A program made the translations under genes and the position numbers. From the NCBI RefSeq assembly GCF_009914755.1, contig NC_060927.1: 64,000 nucleotides of DNA; one strand, written 5' to 3'. Below, in pieces: positions 15,620 through 29,315 of the stretch. Within the stretch, counting starts at the first letter, position 1, and every line of letters begins with the position of its first letter. The notes beneath the pieces were generated by a model. It did no database searches and had not been told where the DNA came from. It saw only the letters and a list, made by a program, of their open reading frames with translations. The DNA comes from the human T2T-CHM13v2.0 reference genome, Homo sapiens.

Positions 15620-17950
15620 TTATTTAAACATTTTTGTTCTAATTGTCTCATCTGCTCCTTTCTTCCTTTCCTGCCTTCTTTTCAGATAATCAAATACAAG
15701 TGGTAACCGACATGCAATGGTTCCACTTACCAGTTTTTTTACTTTATAATACTTCAAAAATGATACAGTTATTCTGTTTTTCACTTTCAGCGTGCTTGTC
15801 AATAAATTACATAAGATATTCAACCCTTTATTATAAAATAGGCTTTGTTTTAGGTGATTTCTCCCAACTGTAGACTAGGTAAGTATTCTGAGCACATTTA
15901 GGGTAGGCTAGGCTAAGCTATGATATTCAGTGGGTTGTATTAGTTGCATTTTCAGCTTATGATATTTTCAACAATGTGTTTATCACCCTAAGTCAGGAAA
16001 CATCTCTACTTTTGCATTCCACATTGTTTGCTCTATTGAATTTTTCAGCTATACCTCTTTGCACTATTTTTTAAAGTTACGCTAGGGATTACAATTTGTT
16101 ACAGTCAACGCTAATAAATCTACTTCACTAATAAGGTGAGCACTTTACAATTGATTAATTCCATTTATTTCTTTTTATACAGTTATGCAATTGTGTATAC
16201 ATTATAAATCCCACCATACACATATTAATTTAGACTTAAACAATGAATAATATTTTAAATAATTTTAAATACTCTTTCGTATTTATCCACATATTTATGA
16301 TTTCCATTTGTCTTTCTTTCTATGGAAGGAAGGATTATCCAGGCTTCCATCTGGGATTATTTCGCCTCAAAATAAAGATACTTCTTTTGTATTTTTACAA
16401 ATTTTTTGTATTCAGCACAAAATTCTTTTTAAGTTTATATTTCTTGGAAAATGTCCTTGTTTCACTATCAATTTTAAGAGAGATGTGGGATATGAAATTT
16501 ATTTTTTCAGAATTTTAAAAATGTTACTTTTCTCTTGTTCCTATTGTATCTGACAAAGGGGGCAACCATTATACTTTTTTTCCCTCAGAATTCATCGTAT
16601 ATATTTTTCATGACCTAATTTAACATTTTTGTATTTTTGAGTTTCATCAGGTTGGGTATATCGCACTTGGTTGTAGTTTTCTTTGTATCTATCCTGCTTG
16701 GAGTTCATTAAGTTCTTGGATCAGTCAGTTAACATTTTTCATGAATTTTGGAAAATTTCTGTTGTATGTTTTCTCTCCTCTCCTTCCTGAATGCCAATCA
16801 TCTCTAGATTCCCTATTTCGATATATTCTCACAGGCCTCAGATATTCTAGTCTTTTATTATTACGTTTCCATCTGTACTTCAGTTTGTACAATTTGTATC
16901 ATTCTTATTTCATTTAAATATTTATTTTGCTTTGTCCAGTCTATTTCCAACTAAGATTGTTTATAAAGATATTGTATTTGTTTCTTTAACGTTTCCATTA
17001 GAATCATTTATTTAGGGATATCTTTCCTTTTTTGAATGTCCCCATTTTTCACCCATTTTTTCCTGTTTTCCTATAAACTATTTTAAACTCTCCAATTGTT
17101 ATATTAAAGTCCCTGTCAGTTAATATCAATATCTGTGCCATCTATAAGTCTACTCAGCTTAACTGCATTTATTTTACTTCTGATTGGAAGTCCTATTTGC
17201 CTCTTTTTATAATAAGTTGCTAATTTATTGCATATAGATGTTACAAATGATATGTTATAAAAACTGGATTGCATTATCTTCTCTTATAGATTATTGAGTT
17301 GTTCTGGGGGGAATTTCTATTACTGTTAGATTACTTTGATCCTGTCTTAACTTAGTTTTAGGTTGGGGAGGTGGTTCTGTTTCAGTTGTGTTTTCAGAAT
17401 TTATGTGCAAAACTTTTTTATAGAATATGATTTTTATTTTTACATTTTTTTCTGGTTGATGAAAGCTCGAAATTCAAATATCTTCTCAGTCATTTACCTC
17501 AAAAATATGCTTAATTCTCAGATGTTACCTGCTAATGATTACATAATCTTGTTCTTTAAATGTGTAGTTTAGGATTCAGTCAAAGACCAAAGAGCTCCAC
17601 TACACAGATTTCTTAATCTTCTCCACTGCAAGCCCTTCCCATTGGGTGCTGTTCCCCACAAAAAAAGCTACCACTTTGTCACCTTTTTGATCTGTTTGTT
17701 TTGCCCAACAAGATTGCTGCTGCCTGTTAAAGCTATACTTTTAAGGGTTAGAAATGACGCCAACCAGAAGCCAGTTGATGATATGTGCAGAGCTCACCTT
17801 TGAGCCATCCCTTCTTCAAGTTTCAGAGCCCTTTGCTGTCTGTTTTCTAATAAACGAAAAGAGTTCCTCAAAAGGTTTGTTGAGTTTTAGAATTGTCCAG
17901 AGTAGTAAGGTAAGTCCAATACCAGCTCTGTGGTTCACAGACAAACCCAG
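15620..17950 (-). mobile_element. Ancient L1M 5'/ORF1/inter-ORF region, interrupted by MER47A
   Basis: T-rich sequence with antisense ORF1 motifs such as ctttgtatctatcctgcttggagttcattaagttcttggatc...aattttggaaaattt. Boundaries approximate. Confidence 0.6.
15697..16006 (-). mobile_element. MER47A (TcMar-Tigger MITE)
   Basis: Contains caataaattacataagatattcaaccctttattataaaataggc and gtaggctaggctaagctatgat. TA dinucleotides at both ends (15695-96, 16007-08). Confidence 0.8.
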
Positions 17951-18248
17951 AAGTTAACATGAATTTATTTTTAAAATACCATTTTATGTAGATTGTAGTG
18001 ATTCTCCTATCAGCTGCAGAAAGTTTACTGTGGTTGTTTTTTATTGTTTCTAGTGAACTTTATTGTCATTTTTTATCATGACTAATATGTTTTCATTACT
18101 TTAAAAAATACTGGACTTTGTAATTTTAAAAGTCCATTGATTTTTTTTCATGAAAAATAGCAATTTTTGTTTTCTCTTTTTCTGGGTATCATTTTTGTTG
18201 TTGCTGTTACTTTATCCTCAGGAGTTAAGTTCAATTAAAAATATTGCC

Positions 18249-19272
18249 CAAAGGCCAAAATTAACAAATGAGATCTAAATAAACTAAAGAGCTTCTGCGT
18301 AGCAAAAGAGACTATCATCAGAGTGAACAGGCAACCTAGAGAATGGGAGAAAATTTTTGCAATCTATCCATCTGACAAAGGGCTAATATCCAGAATCTAC
18401 AAGAAATTTAAACAAATTTACAAGAAAAAAACAAATAACCCCATCGAAAAGTGAGCAAAGGATATGAACAGACACTTCTCAAAAGAAGACATTTATGTGG
18501 CCAACAAACATGAAAAAAAGCTCATCATCACTGGTCATCAGAGAAATGCAAATCAAAACCACAATGAGATACCATCTCACACCAGTTAGAATGGTGATCA
18601 TTAAAAAGTCAGGAAACAACAGATGCTGGAGAGGATGTGGAGAAATAGGAATGCTTTTACACTGTTGGTGGGAGTGTAAATTAGTTCAATCTTTGTGGAA
18701 GACAGTGTGGAAATTCCTCAAGGATCTAGAACCAAAAATACCCTTTGACCCAGCAATCCCACTACTGGGTATATACCCAAAGGATTATAAATTATTCTAC
18801 TATAAAGACGCTTGCACACTTATGTTTATTGCAGCACTGTTCACAATAGCAAAGACTTGGAACCAACCCAAATGCCCATCAATGATAGACTGAATAAAGA
18901 AAATGTGTCACATATACACCATGGAATACTATGCAGCCATAAAAAAGGATGAGTTCATGTCCTTTGCAAGGATATGGATGTATGAGGCTGGAAACCGCTA
19001 TTCTCAGCAAACTAACACAGGGGCAGAAAACCAAATACAACATGTTCTCACTCATAAGTGGGAGTTGAACAATGAGAACACACGGACACGGGAAGGGGAA
19101 CATCACACACCGAGGCCTGTCGGGGGTGAGGGGCTAGAAGAGCGATAGCATTAAAAGAAATACCTACTGTAGATGATGGGTTGATGGGTGCAATAAACCA
19201 CCATGGCACGTGTATACCTATGTAACAAACCCACACGTTCTTCACATGTATTCCAGAACTTAAAGTATAATA
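18249..19272 (+). mobile_element. 5'-truncated L1PA (PA7-like): ORF2 C-terminus and 3' UTR
   Basis: ORF 18495..18893 is the ORF2p C-terminal region ([20 protein letters not shown]). The 3' UTR ends ccagaacttaaagtataat. Confidence 0.93.
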
Positions 19273-20004
19273 TTTTTTTAAAGTTGCCATATTATATTTT
19301 AATATTAAATAATTAAACTACATTTATTTTCTTGCCTTGAGCATTATGTAAAATTAGAAGATACTGTGTTCATCTCAATCTCCCATGTCATCAATTTACT
19401 CTTAAACTGTATTACTTCTAATTCAAGCATATTTATATAATTCCTTCGAGTTTAATATTCATATTAATATAAACTTTTTAGACTTCTTTGCAAATTTTTG
19501 TTGGTTTCAGTATCTATGGCTTTTTCCTTGAAATAATATTTTGATTCCTGAATTCTCTTTTTGTTCATTTATAATTCTACTGTAATATTTTTTCAATTAC
19601 TGCTTTTCAGAAAGGTCAAATAGATGAACAGTTTATGTCTCAGTGGACTACAAAATATAGTTTTTACCTCACTTATGCAAACTAATTTTACTGCCTAAGA
19701 AATGCTTGAGTCACATTGTTTTTAAAAATTTACATTTATCCGTTATTTTATGACATTTATAGTTATGGAGAACAACACTGACTCCAGAGTTGTTCATCAC
19801 GAACAAAGCGAATGCTAAAACCAGCCTGCTTTTGTTTTGTTTTAATGGGCTAGTTGTTTTCTTTCTATTTTATTTTATTAGATTTTATCTTTATCTTTGA
19901 AATTTATGAATGTTATAAAATATGTCATAGCATACATTCCTATAATACATAATACAGTTACTTGTGGATTCCATTTGTTTTGAAGCCTAAATCTTTTATT
20001 CTAT

Positions 20005-20520
20005 TTATATATTTTTAATGAAACTGTTTATAAAGAGGTCATTGTAGAGTCCCCTATACTTACAAGAAATCATACAAAAAGATCTCATATATCGTTTATC
20101 TAATTTCCCCCAAAAGTAATATGCAAAGCTATAGTACAGTACCACAACCAGAATGTCAACACTGATGCAATCCTCTAATCTTACATAGATTTCCCAGTTT
20201 TGTTTGTACTCATTTGTGTGTGTGCACATGCATGAGTCTAGTTCTGTACAATTTTGTCACATGTGCACACTCATGTCTCCATCACCAGCCAAGAAACAAA
20301 ACAGATCCATAACCAGAGAGAGCCCTGATATTGTCCTTTTAAAATCATATGCATCTAGCTCTCCAGCTCCATCAACATTCCGAACCCCTGATTATCACTA
20401 TTCTCTAGTTTTAAAATTGTGTCTTTTAAAAAATTTAATATACATGGAACCATATAGTATATAATTTTTTGGAGTTGTCTTCTTTTTCACGCACCACAAT
20501 TTTCTGGAAATTATATTTCA
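20005..20520 (-). mobile_element. L1MC/L1MD-type 3' end fragment
   Basis: Antisense old-L1 3' UTR motifs (ctatagtacagtaccacaaccagaatgtcaacactgat, catggaaccatatagtatata). Confidence 0.65.
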
Positions 20521-21172
20521 CTGTGTTATTACTCCTATTCCAACTTTTCTGTTTCTCATTCCAATGTTTTCTTGTACCTGTGTGTGCTGTACTTTATGTC
20601 TCTTCTCTTTTCTTTTCTGGAACCAGAGTCATCAGATCTTTTTGAGTTTTGAGATTCTCGAATATAAATGCATATTAAATAATTTGGATTTTTGTCAAAT
20701 ATGTGCAATTGTTACTACTTCTAACACATCTTAAAATTCTATAAACAATGTTGTTCTCTCATAAAAAAGTTCTTCTGTTAAGAAATTTTTAGCTAGATCC
20801 TCCTTCATAGAAGCAATATTTTCTTGTGCATCAATAAAAATACCAGTTTAAGTGTATTTCAGAAATTCACCTATACAAGAACTATTTTCTCTAATTATTT
20901 ACATTAGTCTCATTATTCTGAAATATTATTTTTTACAATACCCTTTGATTATTTTTGATTCATTTGTAACGAGAGATTACAATATCAGTAACGCTGTTCA
21001 TTGATAGTGCTATCACAAATGTCTAAAATACTTTTGGGTCAACATCAAAATTAGAAAGAAACTTACAAAGTTTTATTTGCTTTATGGTTTAGGGTGCTGG
21101 AGGAAGTTGGAGGTAGTCTTACATAGGAGCTTTTCTACTTATTTGTTTTTGTTTTGTTCTGTTTTTCCTATT

Positions 21173-21530
21173 TGCTGTCAACTGAATTTTTCCCTCACCC
21201 ACCAGTCATATGTTAAAGCCTTAACTCCAGTGTAATGGAATTTGGAGATAATCAGGCTTAGATTAAGTGTTGAGGTCTAGAGGTCATCCTCATGATGAAA
21301 TGAGTGTCCTTACAAGTGCTCTCCTAAGAAGAGGAAGAGATATCCGTGCACTCTCTCTGCTATATGAAAATGTTTCAAGAAGGCAGACACCTACAATTCA
21401 AAGATAAAGCCCTCACCACACACCAATGCTGCTGGCATTATAATATTAGGCTGTAAAAACTAAGAAAATAAATGTATGTTTAAGTTATATAATCTTTAGT
21501 ATTTTGTTATAGGAGGCTGAACACACTACA
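21173..21530 (+). mobile_element. MaLR solo LTR, MLT1A-like
   Basis: catatgttaaagccttaactcc, taagaagaggaagaga, aaataaatgtatgtttaag...gtattttgttatag. Confidence 0.75.
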
Positions 21531-21964
21531 TTAACATACAAGTGTTAATTTTGTATTATTTGTTTTTTTGAAATCTAAGACTTTGGTGGAAAGGTAGCAA
21601 ACTTTTATTACTGGGGAACTGCTTTTAAAGTAACCAATCATAGATGTGATCATCACTTATGACTCTTTACCATGGGTGGCTTTCCCACTATTAATAAACT
21701 TCCAGGAGCGATTCAAATAATTGATATTTTCTAGTTATTAACTGTCCGGCATCATTACATTGCTTCTAAGTAATACCTCAAAAGATAAGAGTCAATCATA
21801 GGCATATGCTATACTAATGTTATTTGTGAGGAGTTTTGATGTTATCTATTGTGAACTTCAAATTATGTATACATTTCCTCCATCTAGTTTTGCAACTACT
21901 GTAAGTTGCATTACTTCTTCCAACTTTCAGAACTTTTTAGAAAATAACTTTAGTTTCTAGTATT

Positions 21965-22446
21965 TTGGGAGGCTGAATAGTGGACCCCAAAGATATCCAA
22001 GTCTTATTTCCTAGAACCTTTGAATATGTTACCTTACATGGAAAAAGGGACTTTACAAACATAATTAAGTGCAAATCTTGAAGTGGGCAGATTATCTTTA
22101 GCTACTGGTAGTCTCAATGAAAAAGCAACAATCTTTATACAAGGGAGGCAGGAGGTCCACACAGACAGACGTGCAATGACAGAAGAAGAAGGACAGAGAA
22201 AGAGATTGGGAGATGCTATCTTGCTGGCTTTGAAGATGGAAGATTGAATAAAAAGGCTGAGGAATGCATGAGGCTTCTAGAAACTAGAAAAGACAAGGAA
22301 AAAGATTATCTTCTAGATTCCCCAGAAGGAAGGTGGTCTTATCAATCTATTTTAGAATTTCTGACTTCCAAAATTGTAAGAAAACAAATTTGTTTTCAGC
22401 CACAAACTTTGTGATAATTTGACTACAGCAATAGAAAACTATTGCA
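21965..22446 (+). mobile_element. MaLR solo LTR, MLT1D-like
   Basis: ccccaaagatatccaagtc...tgaatatgttaccttacatggaaaaagggacttt, tgctggctttgaagatgga; ends ...cagcaatagaaaactattgca. Confidence 0.8.
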
Positions 22447-22734
22447 AATACTAATATTTTGTGTTCTAAATGAGTTCAATAAAAAGTATGTTTCATTGGT
22501 TAACTTGCTGGTGATGAGATTGTGTGGGTGTATATTTGATTTGGTTTAAACTGTAAGCCAAAATATGTAACAGTAATATTTTAATAAGAACTAGATTCAT
22601 ACAAGGTCTTGTGGTTTATAAAGAAGTATACACATCATCTTTAACTGTTTTCAGAACAAAGCAGATTAATAGTATATCTTCATCTACTTACAGAATACTT
22701 TAAAAATAATTCAGAAATAAATATTTATATCTAG

Positions 22735-25408
22735 TGATACAGTTTGAATATTTGTCCTCTCCAAATCTTATGTGGAATTTTAATCCCCAATGTCGAAGAT
22801 AGGCCTGGTGGGAGGTGTTTGGGTCATTTGGGGCAGATTTCTGATGAATGATTTAGAGTTTTCCTCGTGACAGTGAGGAGTTCCCATGAGATCTCGTTGT
22901 TAGAAGTGTGTGCCACCTCCCCGCTCTATCTTACTCCCTCTCTTGCTATGGGACATGCCTGCTCCCCTTTTGTCTTCTGCCATAAATGTAAGCTTCTTGA
23001 GGTCCTCACCAGATGCGGATGCCAGTACCATGTTTCCTGTATAGCCTGTAGAACTATGAGCTAAAACAAACCTATTTTCTTTATAAATTATCCAGCCTCA
23101 GGTATTTATAGCAACTCATAAACAGCCTAATAAAGAAAATTGGTGCCAAGGAGGAAAGCATTGCTACAAAGTTGTGTGAAAATGTAGAAGCAGCTTTGGA
23201 ACTGGGTAATGGAGAGAGGCTGGAAAAGTATGAGGGGCTCAGAAAAAGACAGGAAAATGAAGGAAAGTTTGGAACTTCTTAAAGACTAGTCAAATGGTTA
23301 TTGCCAAAATGATGGTACTGATAGAAACAGTAAAGTCCAGGCTGAAGAAGTCTCAGATGGAAATGAGAATCTTATTGGGAATAGGCGTAATATGCAAGAA
23401 CAGCCTTATACAGGGAATTGGTGCCAAGGAGTCGGGCATTGCTATAAAGATACCTGAAAATGTGGAAGCAGCTTTGGAACTGGGTAATGGGAAGAGGTTG
23501 GAAGAGTCCAAAGGGCTCAAAAAAAGGCAGGAAGATAAAGGAAAGCTTGTAACTTCTTAGAGATTGATTAAATGATTGTGACTAAAATGCTGGTGAGAAT
23601 ATGAACAGTGAAGTCCAGGCTGAAGAGGTCTCAGATGGAAATGAGGAACTTGTTGGGAATGGGAGCAAAAGTCACCCTTGTTATGCCTTAGCAAAGAACT
23701 TGGCTGCATTGCGTTCATGCCCTAGGGATCCGTGGAAGTTTGGACATAAGAATGATGACTTAGAGTTTCTGGCAGCAGCAAAGCATCCAAGACATGACCT
23801 GACTGCTTCTACAGCCAACTTTCAGATGTGAGAGCAAATAAATAACTTAAAGTTGAAGCTTACATTTTAAAGCAAAGCAGAGAGTAAAAGTGGAAAATTT
23901 GCAGCCTTGCCATGTGGTAGAAAAGAAAAGCCAGTTTTCAGAGGAAAAGTCCAAGCAGGCTTCAAAGAAATCACTTGCTAGAGTGATTAGCATAGCCAAA
24001 AGAAAGCCAGAAGCTAATAGCCAAGACAATGGGAAGAAGTCCTCAATGATATTTCAGGGATCGCCAAGGCAGCCCCTCCTGTCACATGCCCAGAGGTCTG
24101 GGAGGAAAGGATGGTTTCAGGGGCTAGGCTCAGAGCACTGGTCAGCCTCAGGAAACTGCTCTCTGCATCCTGGCCACTCCACCTCCAGCTTTGGCTTAAA
24201 GGAACCAAGTACAGATTGGTCCCAGCTCCACTGGTTGCAAGCCATAAGTCTTGGTGGTTTCCACAAGGTGCTAAGTGTTCAGATGTTCACAATGCAAGCA
24301 TGAAGTAGGTTTGGGCTTCCACCTAGATTTCACAGGATGTATGGAAAAAGCTGGGTGCCCAAACAGAAGCCTGCCACAGGATCAGAGCCGCCATAGAGAA
24401 AATCTACTAGGGCAATGATGAGGGGAAATATGGGGTTGGAGCCCATATAGAAACTCTTCTACCGGGGAATTGCCTAGTGTAGCTGTAGGAAGGTGACTAC
24501 CACCCTCCAGACCTCAGAATGTTAGATTCACCAACAGCCTGCACCCTTTGCCTGGAAAAGCCACAAGCACTCAGTTCCAACCTGTGAGAGCAGCCATGTA
24601 GGCTGCACCATTCAAAGCCAAAAGAGTTAGGCTACCCAGGGCCTGGAACACCACCCCTTGAGCCAGGATGTGGGACATGAAGTCATGGATTATGTTGGAG
24701 AGCTTTAAGATTTAATACCTGGGTTTCAGACTTGTGTGGGGGCTAATACCTGTTTCTTTTGGTCAGTTTCTCACTTTGGCAACAGAAATGTTTACCCGAT
24801 GCCTATACTGCCATTGTATTTTGGAAGTAAATCACTTATTTTAATTTTACAGACCCACAGGTGGAAGGAAATGAAACTCAGATGAGAATTAGGACTTTGA
24901 ACATTATGTTGAATCAAGTTAAGATTTTAGGGGACTACCATAAAGAGATTATTGTATTTTGCAACGTGAAAAGGACATGATATTTGAGAAACCAGAGGCT
25001 GGATGATATAGTTTGCATGTTTGTCTCCTCCAAATCTCATGTTGGAATGTAATCCTCAGTGTTGAAGGTGGGGCCTGGTGGGAGGTGTTTGGGTAATGGG
25101 GGTGGATGCCTCATGAACACCTTAGTGCTGTCCTCATGATGGAGTTAGTTCTCATGATATCTGATTGTTTAAAAGTGTGTGGCACCTCCCCACTTTCTCT
25201 CGTTTCTTCTTGCCACGTGACATGCTTGCTCCCCCATTCACCTTCTGCCATGATTGCAAGCTTCCTGAGACCCTCACAGCAGCAGATGCCAGCACCATGC
25301 TTCTTGCATAGCTTGCAGAACCATGAGCCAAAATAGACTTATTTTCCTTATAAATTACTCAGCCTCAGATATTTCTTTATAGCAGTTGAATAAAATATAG
25401 CTAATACA
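22735..25408 (+). mobile_element. Full-length MST (MSTB-like) MaLR provirus: 5' LTR 22735-23134, internal region, 3' LTR 25004-25408
   Basis: Two homologous LTRs (tgata.agtttg...ctaata.a) flank an MST-type internal region starting gaaaattggtgccaagga. TSD TCTAG/GCTAG. ORF 23890..24303 is a decayed MaLR internal remnant. Confidence 0.9.
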
Positions 25409-25767
25409 GCTAGCTTGTCATCAATAACTACATCTGTAATATAGATATGTGAAATCCACAAGACAAGTGGATACATCCAAGAAACTTACCTAATAATATT
25501 CTTTGAATTTAGGGTGGTGCCAGAACCATGTTGAGAGAGAGAGAGAGAAAGAGAAGAAAGTTAGAGAATCACAGATCTGATCTCATGATCTCACCTATAG
25601 AATAACCTAGAAAGGGAAATAATAGTGACTCTTTTGGACGTATGTGATCAATAAAAATAACACAGTTGGGCTACCTACAAGGACAATCTCAAAAAAAATA
25701 GCTGAAGGATTTTTCTATAGACGTAATAGATTTTTGTTTGTTTGTAATTCTAAAACTCATGACTGGA

Positions 25768-27735
25768 ACTTATGTATTTGCAAGACGAGGTAGATTACTT
25801 TTTTCTCCCCCTAAGTATAAGCAAAAACCCTCAATATTATGTGTAAGACAAACATAAGAAGACTCCAAAAGATGGAGAGAGGAAAGGAAAGTTGCTAGAG
25901 ACCCAAGAAACATATCTGAATTTTCTTTTTGACTCATGTATTGCAGTCTGAATGCTAGAGAAGCTGACAAACTGAAAATGACAGTAGGAACAGTAAGTCC
26001 AAGAAAAGCTTCTTCTCCTCTACCAAAGGAATAGAAAAGTGTCATCCTAGCAAGGCAGAAACATTCAGACAATTACTATTCTGCTCTAGCCAAACAACAC
26101 AAAAAATAATTATAACACCTACCTCCCCAAAACACACACACGTGCCAACAATGTTGAGTGAGGAATTTAGGATTACATTATTTCCAGACTGCAATGAAAC
26201 ACTCCAGGCACCAGGTTGGTATTAGAGAAGGCTGAGTAGGAATTTGGAACTTCTATCGCCACTGGACTATAACAAAGCCTCCTAATATCAATGGAGACCA
26301 ATTGGGAAGCCTGGTACTTTTACACTCACCTGGTGGTAATGAGGCACCCCTCTCCCACTTTGCTAGACTGATGTCCAAGAAAACCAGTGGAAAGTTAGGA
26401 CTGTCACATTCACTAGCTTTAAAAAAGGGCACCCTCTCCATTGGTGTCAGATAAGGACAAATCTTGGTAACAGTAATAAGGTGACCCTCACAGCCAGGGT
26501 AGTGTTTTGGGGGCCCATGATGGGAGCCTGAACTTCCACTCCATTGTAGTAGTAAAAGGAGCTCCTCTTCCACAGCCAGTATCAATAAAGTTCAGGTGGA
26601 GGAACTGGAGTTCCATCCCAGACACCAGTAACAGAACTTCATTTCCCCTTCACCAATCAGAATAGGGTTGGAAGAGGCCTGGTAAAACACAAACCTTTAA
26701 ATAAGAACCAGAGTCTTATAACATAATACCACAAATGTGCAGGTTTTGATCAAACATCACTCTTTATTTCTTCCTACCAAGAATGATATTTTAAATTGAA
26801 TGAGAAAACACAATCAACAGATGCCAAGACGAAGTTTACACCGTTGGTAGAATTGTCTAATAAGATTTACAAAGCATCTATCATAAAGATGCTTTTGCAC
26901 AATGTGCAATTACCAATATGCTTGAAACAAATAAAAAAAAGAAACTCTCAGCAAAGAAATAGAAGATCTAAAAAAGAAATAAAGGGAAATTTTAGAACTT
27001 GAACATATAACAACCAAAATTAAAAAAAACTAAACTGAATAGTTGGGTTCCATGACATTCTAGAAAGGAAAGAGGAATGAATCAGTGAGCTTAAAAATAG
27101 AACAATACTAATTACCAAAGTAATTTTCTCTTATTTTCAGATAAAATAATGTGAAAAATCAGAACCTAAAGGTGTGACTATAATAAAAGGTCTCATACTG
27201 ATACTTCAGTCCCAAAAGGAGATGAGAAGGGGGTTGGGAATAAAATATTATTCAAATAAATTAAGACTGAAAATTCCCTAAATTTAGCAGAAAAAAAAAT
27301 ATAGATTCAAGGACCTGAGAAAACTAAAAATATAAGCCAAAAAGGATTCAAACCAAGCCCCATCATAGTCAATATTTTGATAATTAAAGACAATGAAAAA
27401 ATTTTGAAAGTTACTACAGAGAAAAATGCATCCCATATATTGGAAAAGCAGTTTGAATGAAAGCTGATTTTTCAAGAACTGAAAGAACTGTCAACATGGA
27501 ATTCTACATCCAGTGAAACTATCTTTAGTAATGAAGGGGAAATTAAGACAGTCTCAGATGAAAAAAACCTAAGTCATCAGCTTATCTAAATTTAACAAAA
27601 AGAAAATTATAAAAGAAGTAAGCTTGAAACATCGTGAAAAAAGGAATAATGTTATCAGAAAAAATATGGGTATATTAAATACATTTTCTTTAGCTTTTGG
27701 TTTTTTAATTACATTTGATGTTTCAAACAAAAATT
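25768..27735 (+). mobile_element. L1MD(a)-like 5' UTR, ORF1 and start of the inter-ORF region
   Basis: 5' UTR motifs (agacaaacataagaagactc, cctagcaaggcagaaac...ctctagccaaacaacac) followed by a decayed ORF1 at ~26800-27560. Confidence 0.7.
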
Positions 27736-28808
27736 TCATGATGAAGGTGCCAAAACAATTGCAACAAAAACCGAAATTGACAAATGGGACCTAATTAACC
27801 TAACGAGCTTCTATACAGCAAAAGATATTATCGAGAGAGTAAACAGACACCCTACAGAATGGAAGAAAAATATTTGCAATATATGCATCTGACTAAGGCC
27901 AGATGCCTATATATCCAGAATCTATAAGAAACTTAAACAAATTAACAAGCAAAAAGACAAACAACCCCATCAAAAAGTGGGCAAAGGACATGAACCGATA
28001 ATTTTCAAAAGAAAGTATACATGTGGCCAGCAAAAATATGAAAAAATAGTTAGCATCATTAGTCATTAGAGAAATGCAAATCAAAGCCACAATTAAATAC
28101 CACCTAATATCAGTCAGAATGGCTATTATTAAAAAGTCAAAAAATAGTGTTCTGGCAAGGCTGTGAAGAAAACAGAATGCTTTATACACTGCTGGTGGTA
28201 ATGTAAATTAGTTCAGCTGCTGTGCAAAGCACTTTGGAGATTTCTCAAAGAACTTAAACAGAATTACCATTTTACCCAGAAATCCTATAATTGGTTATAT
28301 ACCCAAAAGAATGTAAATCATTCTATCATAAAGACACATGCAGGCAAATGTTCATCACAGCACTATTCACAATAGCATAGACATAAAATCAACTTAAATG
28401 CCCATCAATGATAGAATGGATAAAGAAATTGTGGTAAATATATACCAGGGAATTATACACAGTCATAAAAAGGGAGAGAATATGTTCTTTGCTGCAACAT
28501 GGAGAGATCTGGAGGACTTTATCCTAAGCAAACTAACACAGGAACAGAAATTAAATACCACTTGCTCTCACCTATAAGTGAGAGCTAAACATTGAGTACA
28601 TAGGAATACAAAGAAGAGAATAATAGACACTAGGGCCTACTTAAAGGTGTAGGGTGGGAGGAGGGTGAGGATACAAAACTACCTATCTAGTTCTTATCAC
28701 CTGTGTGGAAAAATAATCTGTACACCAAATCCCCGCAACACACAATTTACCTAAATAACAAACCTTCAAATGTACCCCTAACCTAAAATAAGTTTAAAAA
28801 AAAAAAAA
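27728..28808 (+). mobile_element. 5'-truncated L1PA15/16-like element with poly(A)
   Basis: ORF2 end (gcaacaaaaaccgaaattgacaaatgggacc) then 3' UTR ending aataatctgtacaccaaatccc...acctaaaataagttt and an A tract. Confidence 0.88.
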
Positions 28809-29315
28809 GAAACTGTGGCATATCCATACTAAGGAATACTATTCAGCAATAAAACAGAACAAATTATATATATATAACTTGGAGGGATCTCAAAGTCATT
28901 ATGATCATTGAAAACAGACAGTCTTGAGAGGTCACATACCATAGAAGCCCATTTATGTGGCAGTCTCAAAATGACAACCTTATATACATGAAAAACAGAT
29001 TACTGGTTGGAACATGGTAGGATGGTTAGAGAGTGGGTGGGACGGTGGGTAATAAAGAGACATGATGTAGCAGCTCTTTGTGGTGATGGAATAGCGCTGT
29101 ATCATGAATGCAGTGGTGGTTACAGAAATCTCCAAATGTAAAACGATGACATCGAAGTGCACAAACTCATAATACCAATGTCAAATGTGTAGTGTTCATA
29201 TTATAATAATGTAAAAGGCAGCCATAACAAATTGAGTGAGTCCATGGGGTATCTCTGTACTATTTTGCAATGTCCTGCCAATGTGTAATAATTTTAAATT
29301 TTTTTAAAGTTTTAA
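28809..29315 (+). mobile_element. L1MD-like 3' end
   Basis: aaactgtggcatatccatac...ggaatactattcagcaataaaa, ggatctcaaagtcattatg, tctctgtactattttgcaa. Confidence 0.7.

Noticed and set aside
18495-18893. 132-aa ORF with a Cys/Trp-rich motif
   Set aside because: It is the L1 ORF2p C-terminus in a 5'-truncated L1PA, not a host gene.
21002-21015. Short palindrome TGATAG-TG-CTATCA
   Set aside because: A 6-bp stem is expected by chance in 64 kb.
23294-24308. Cluster of + strand ORFs
   Set aside because: Fragmented remnants of the MaLR internal region.
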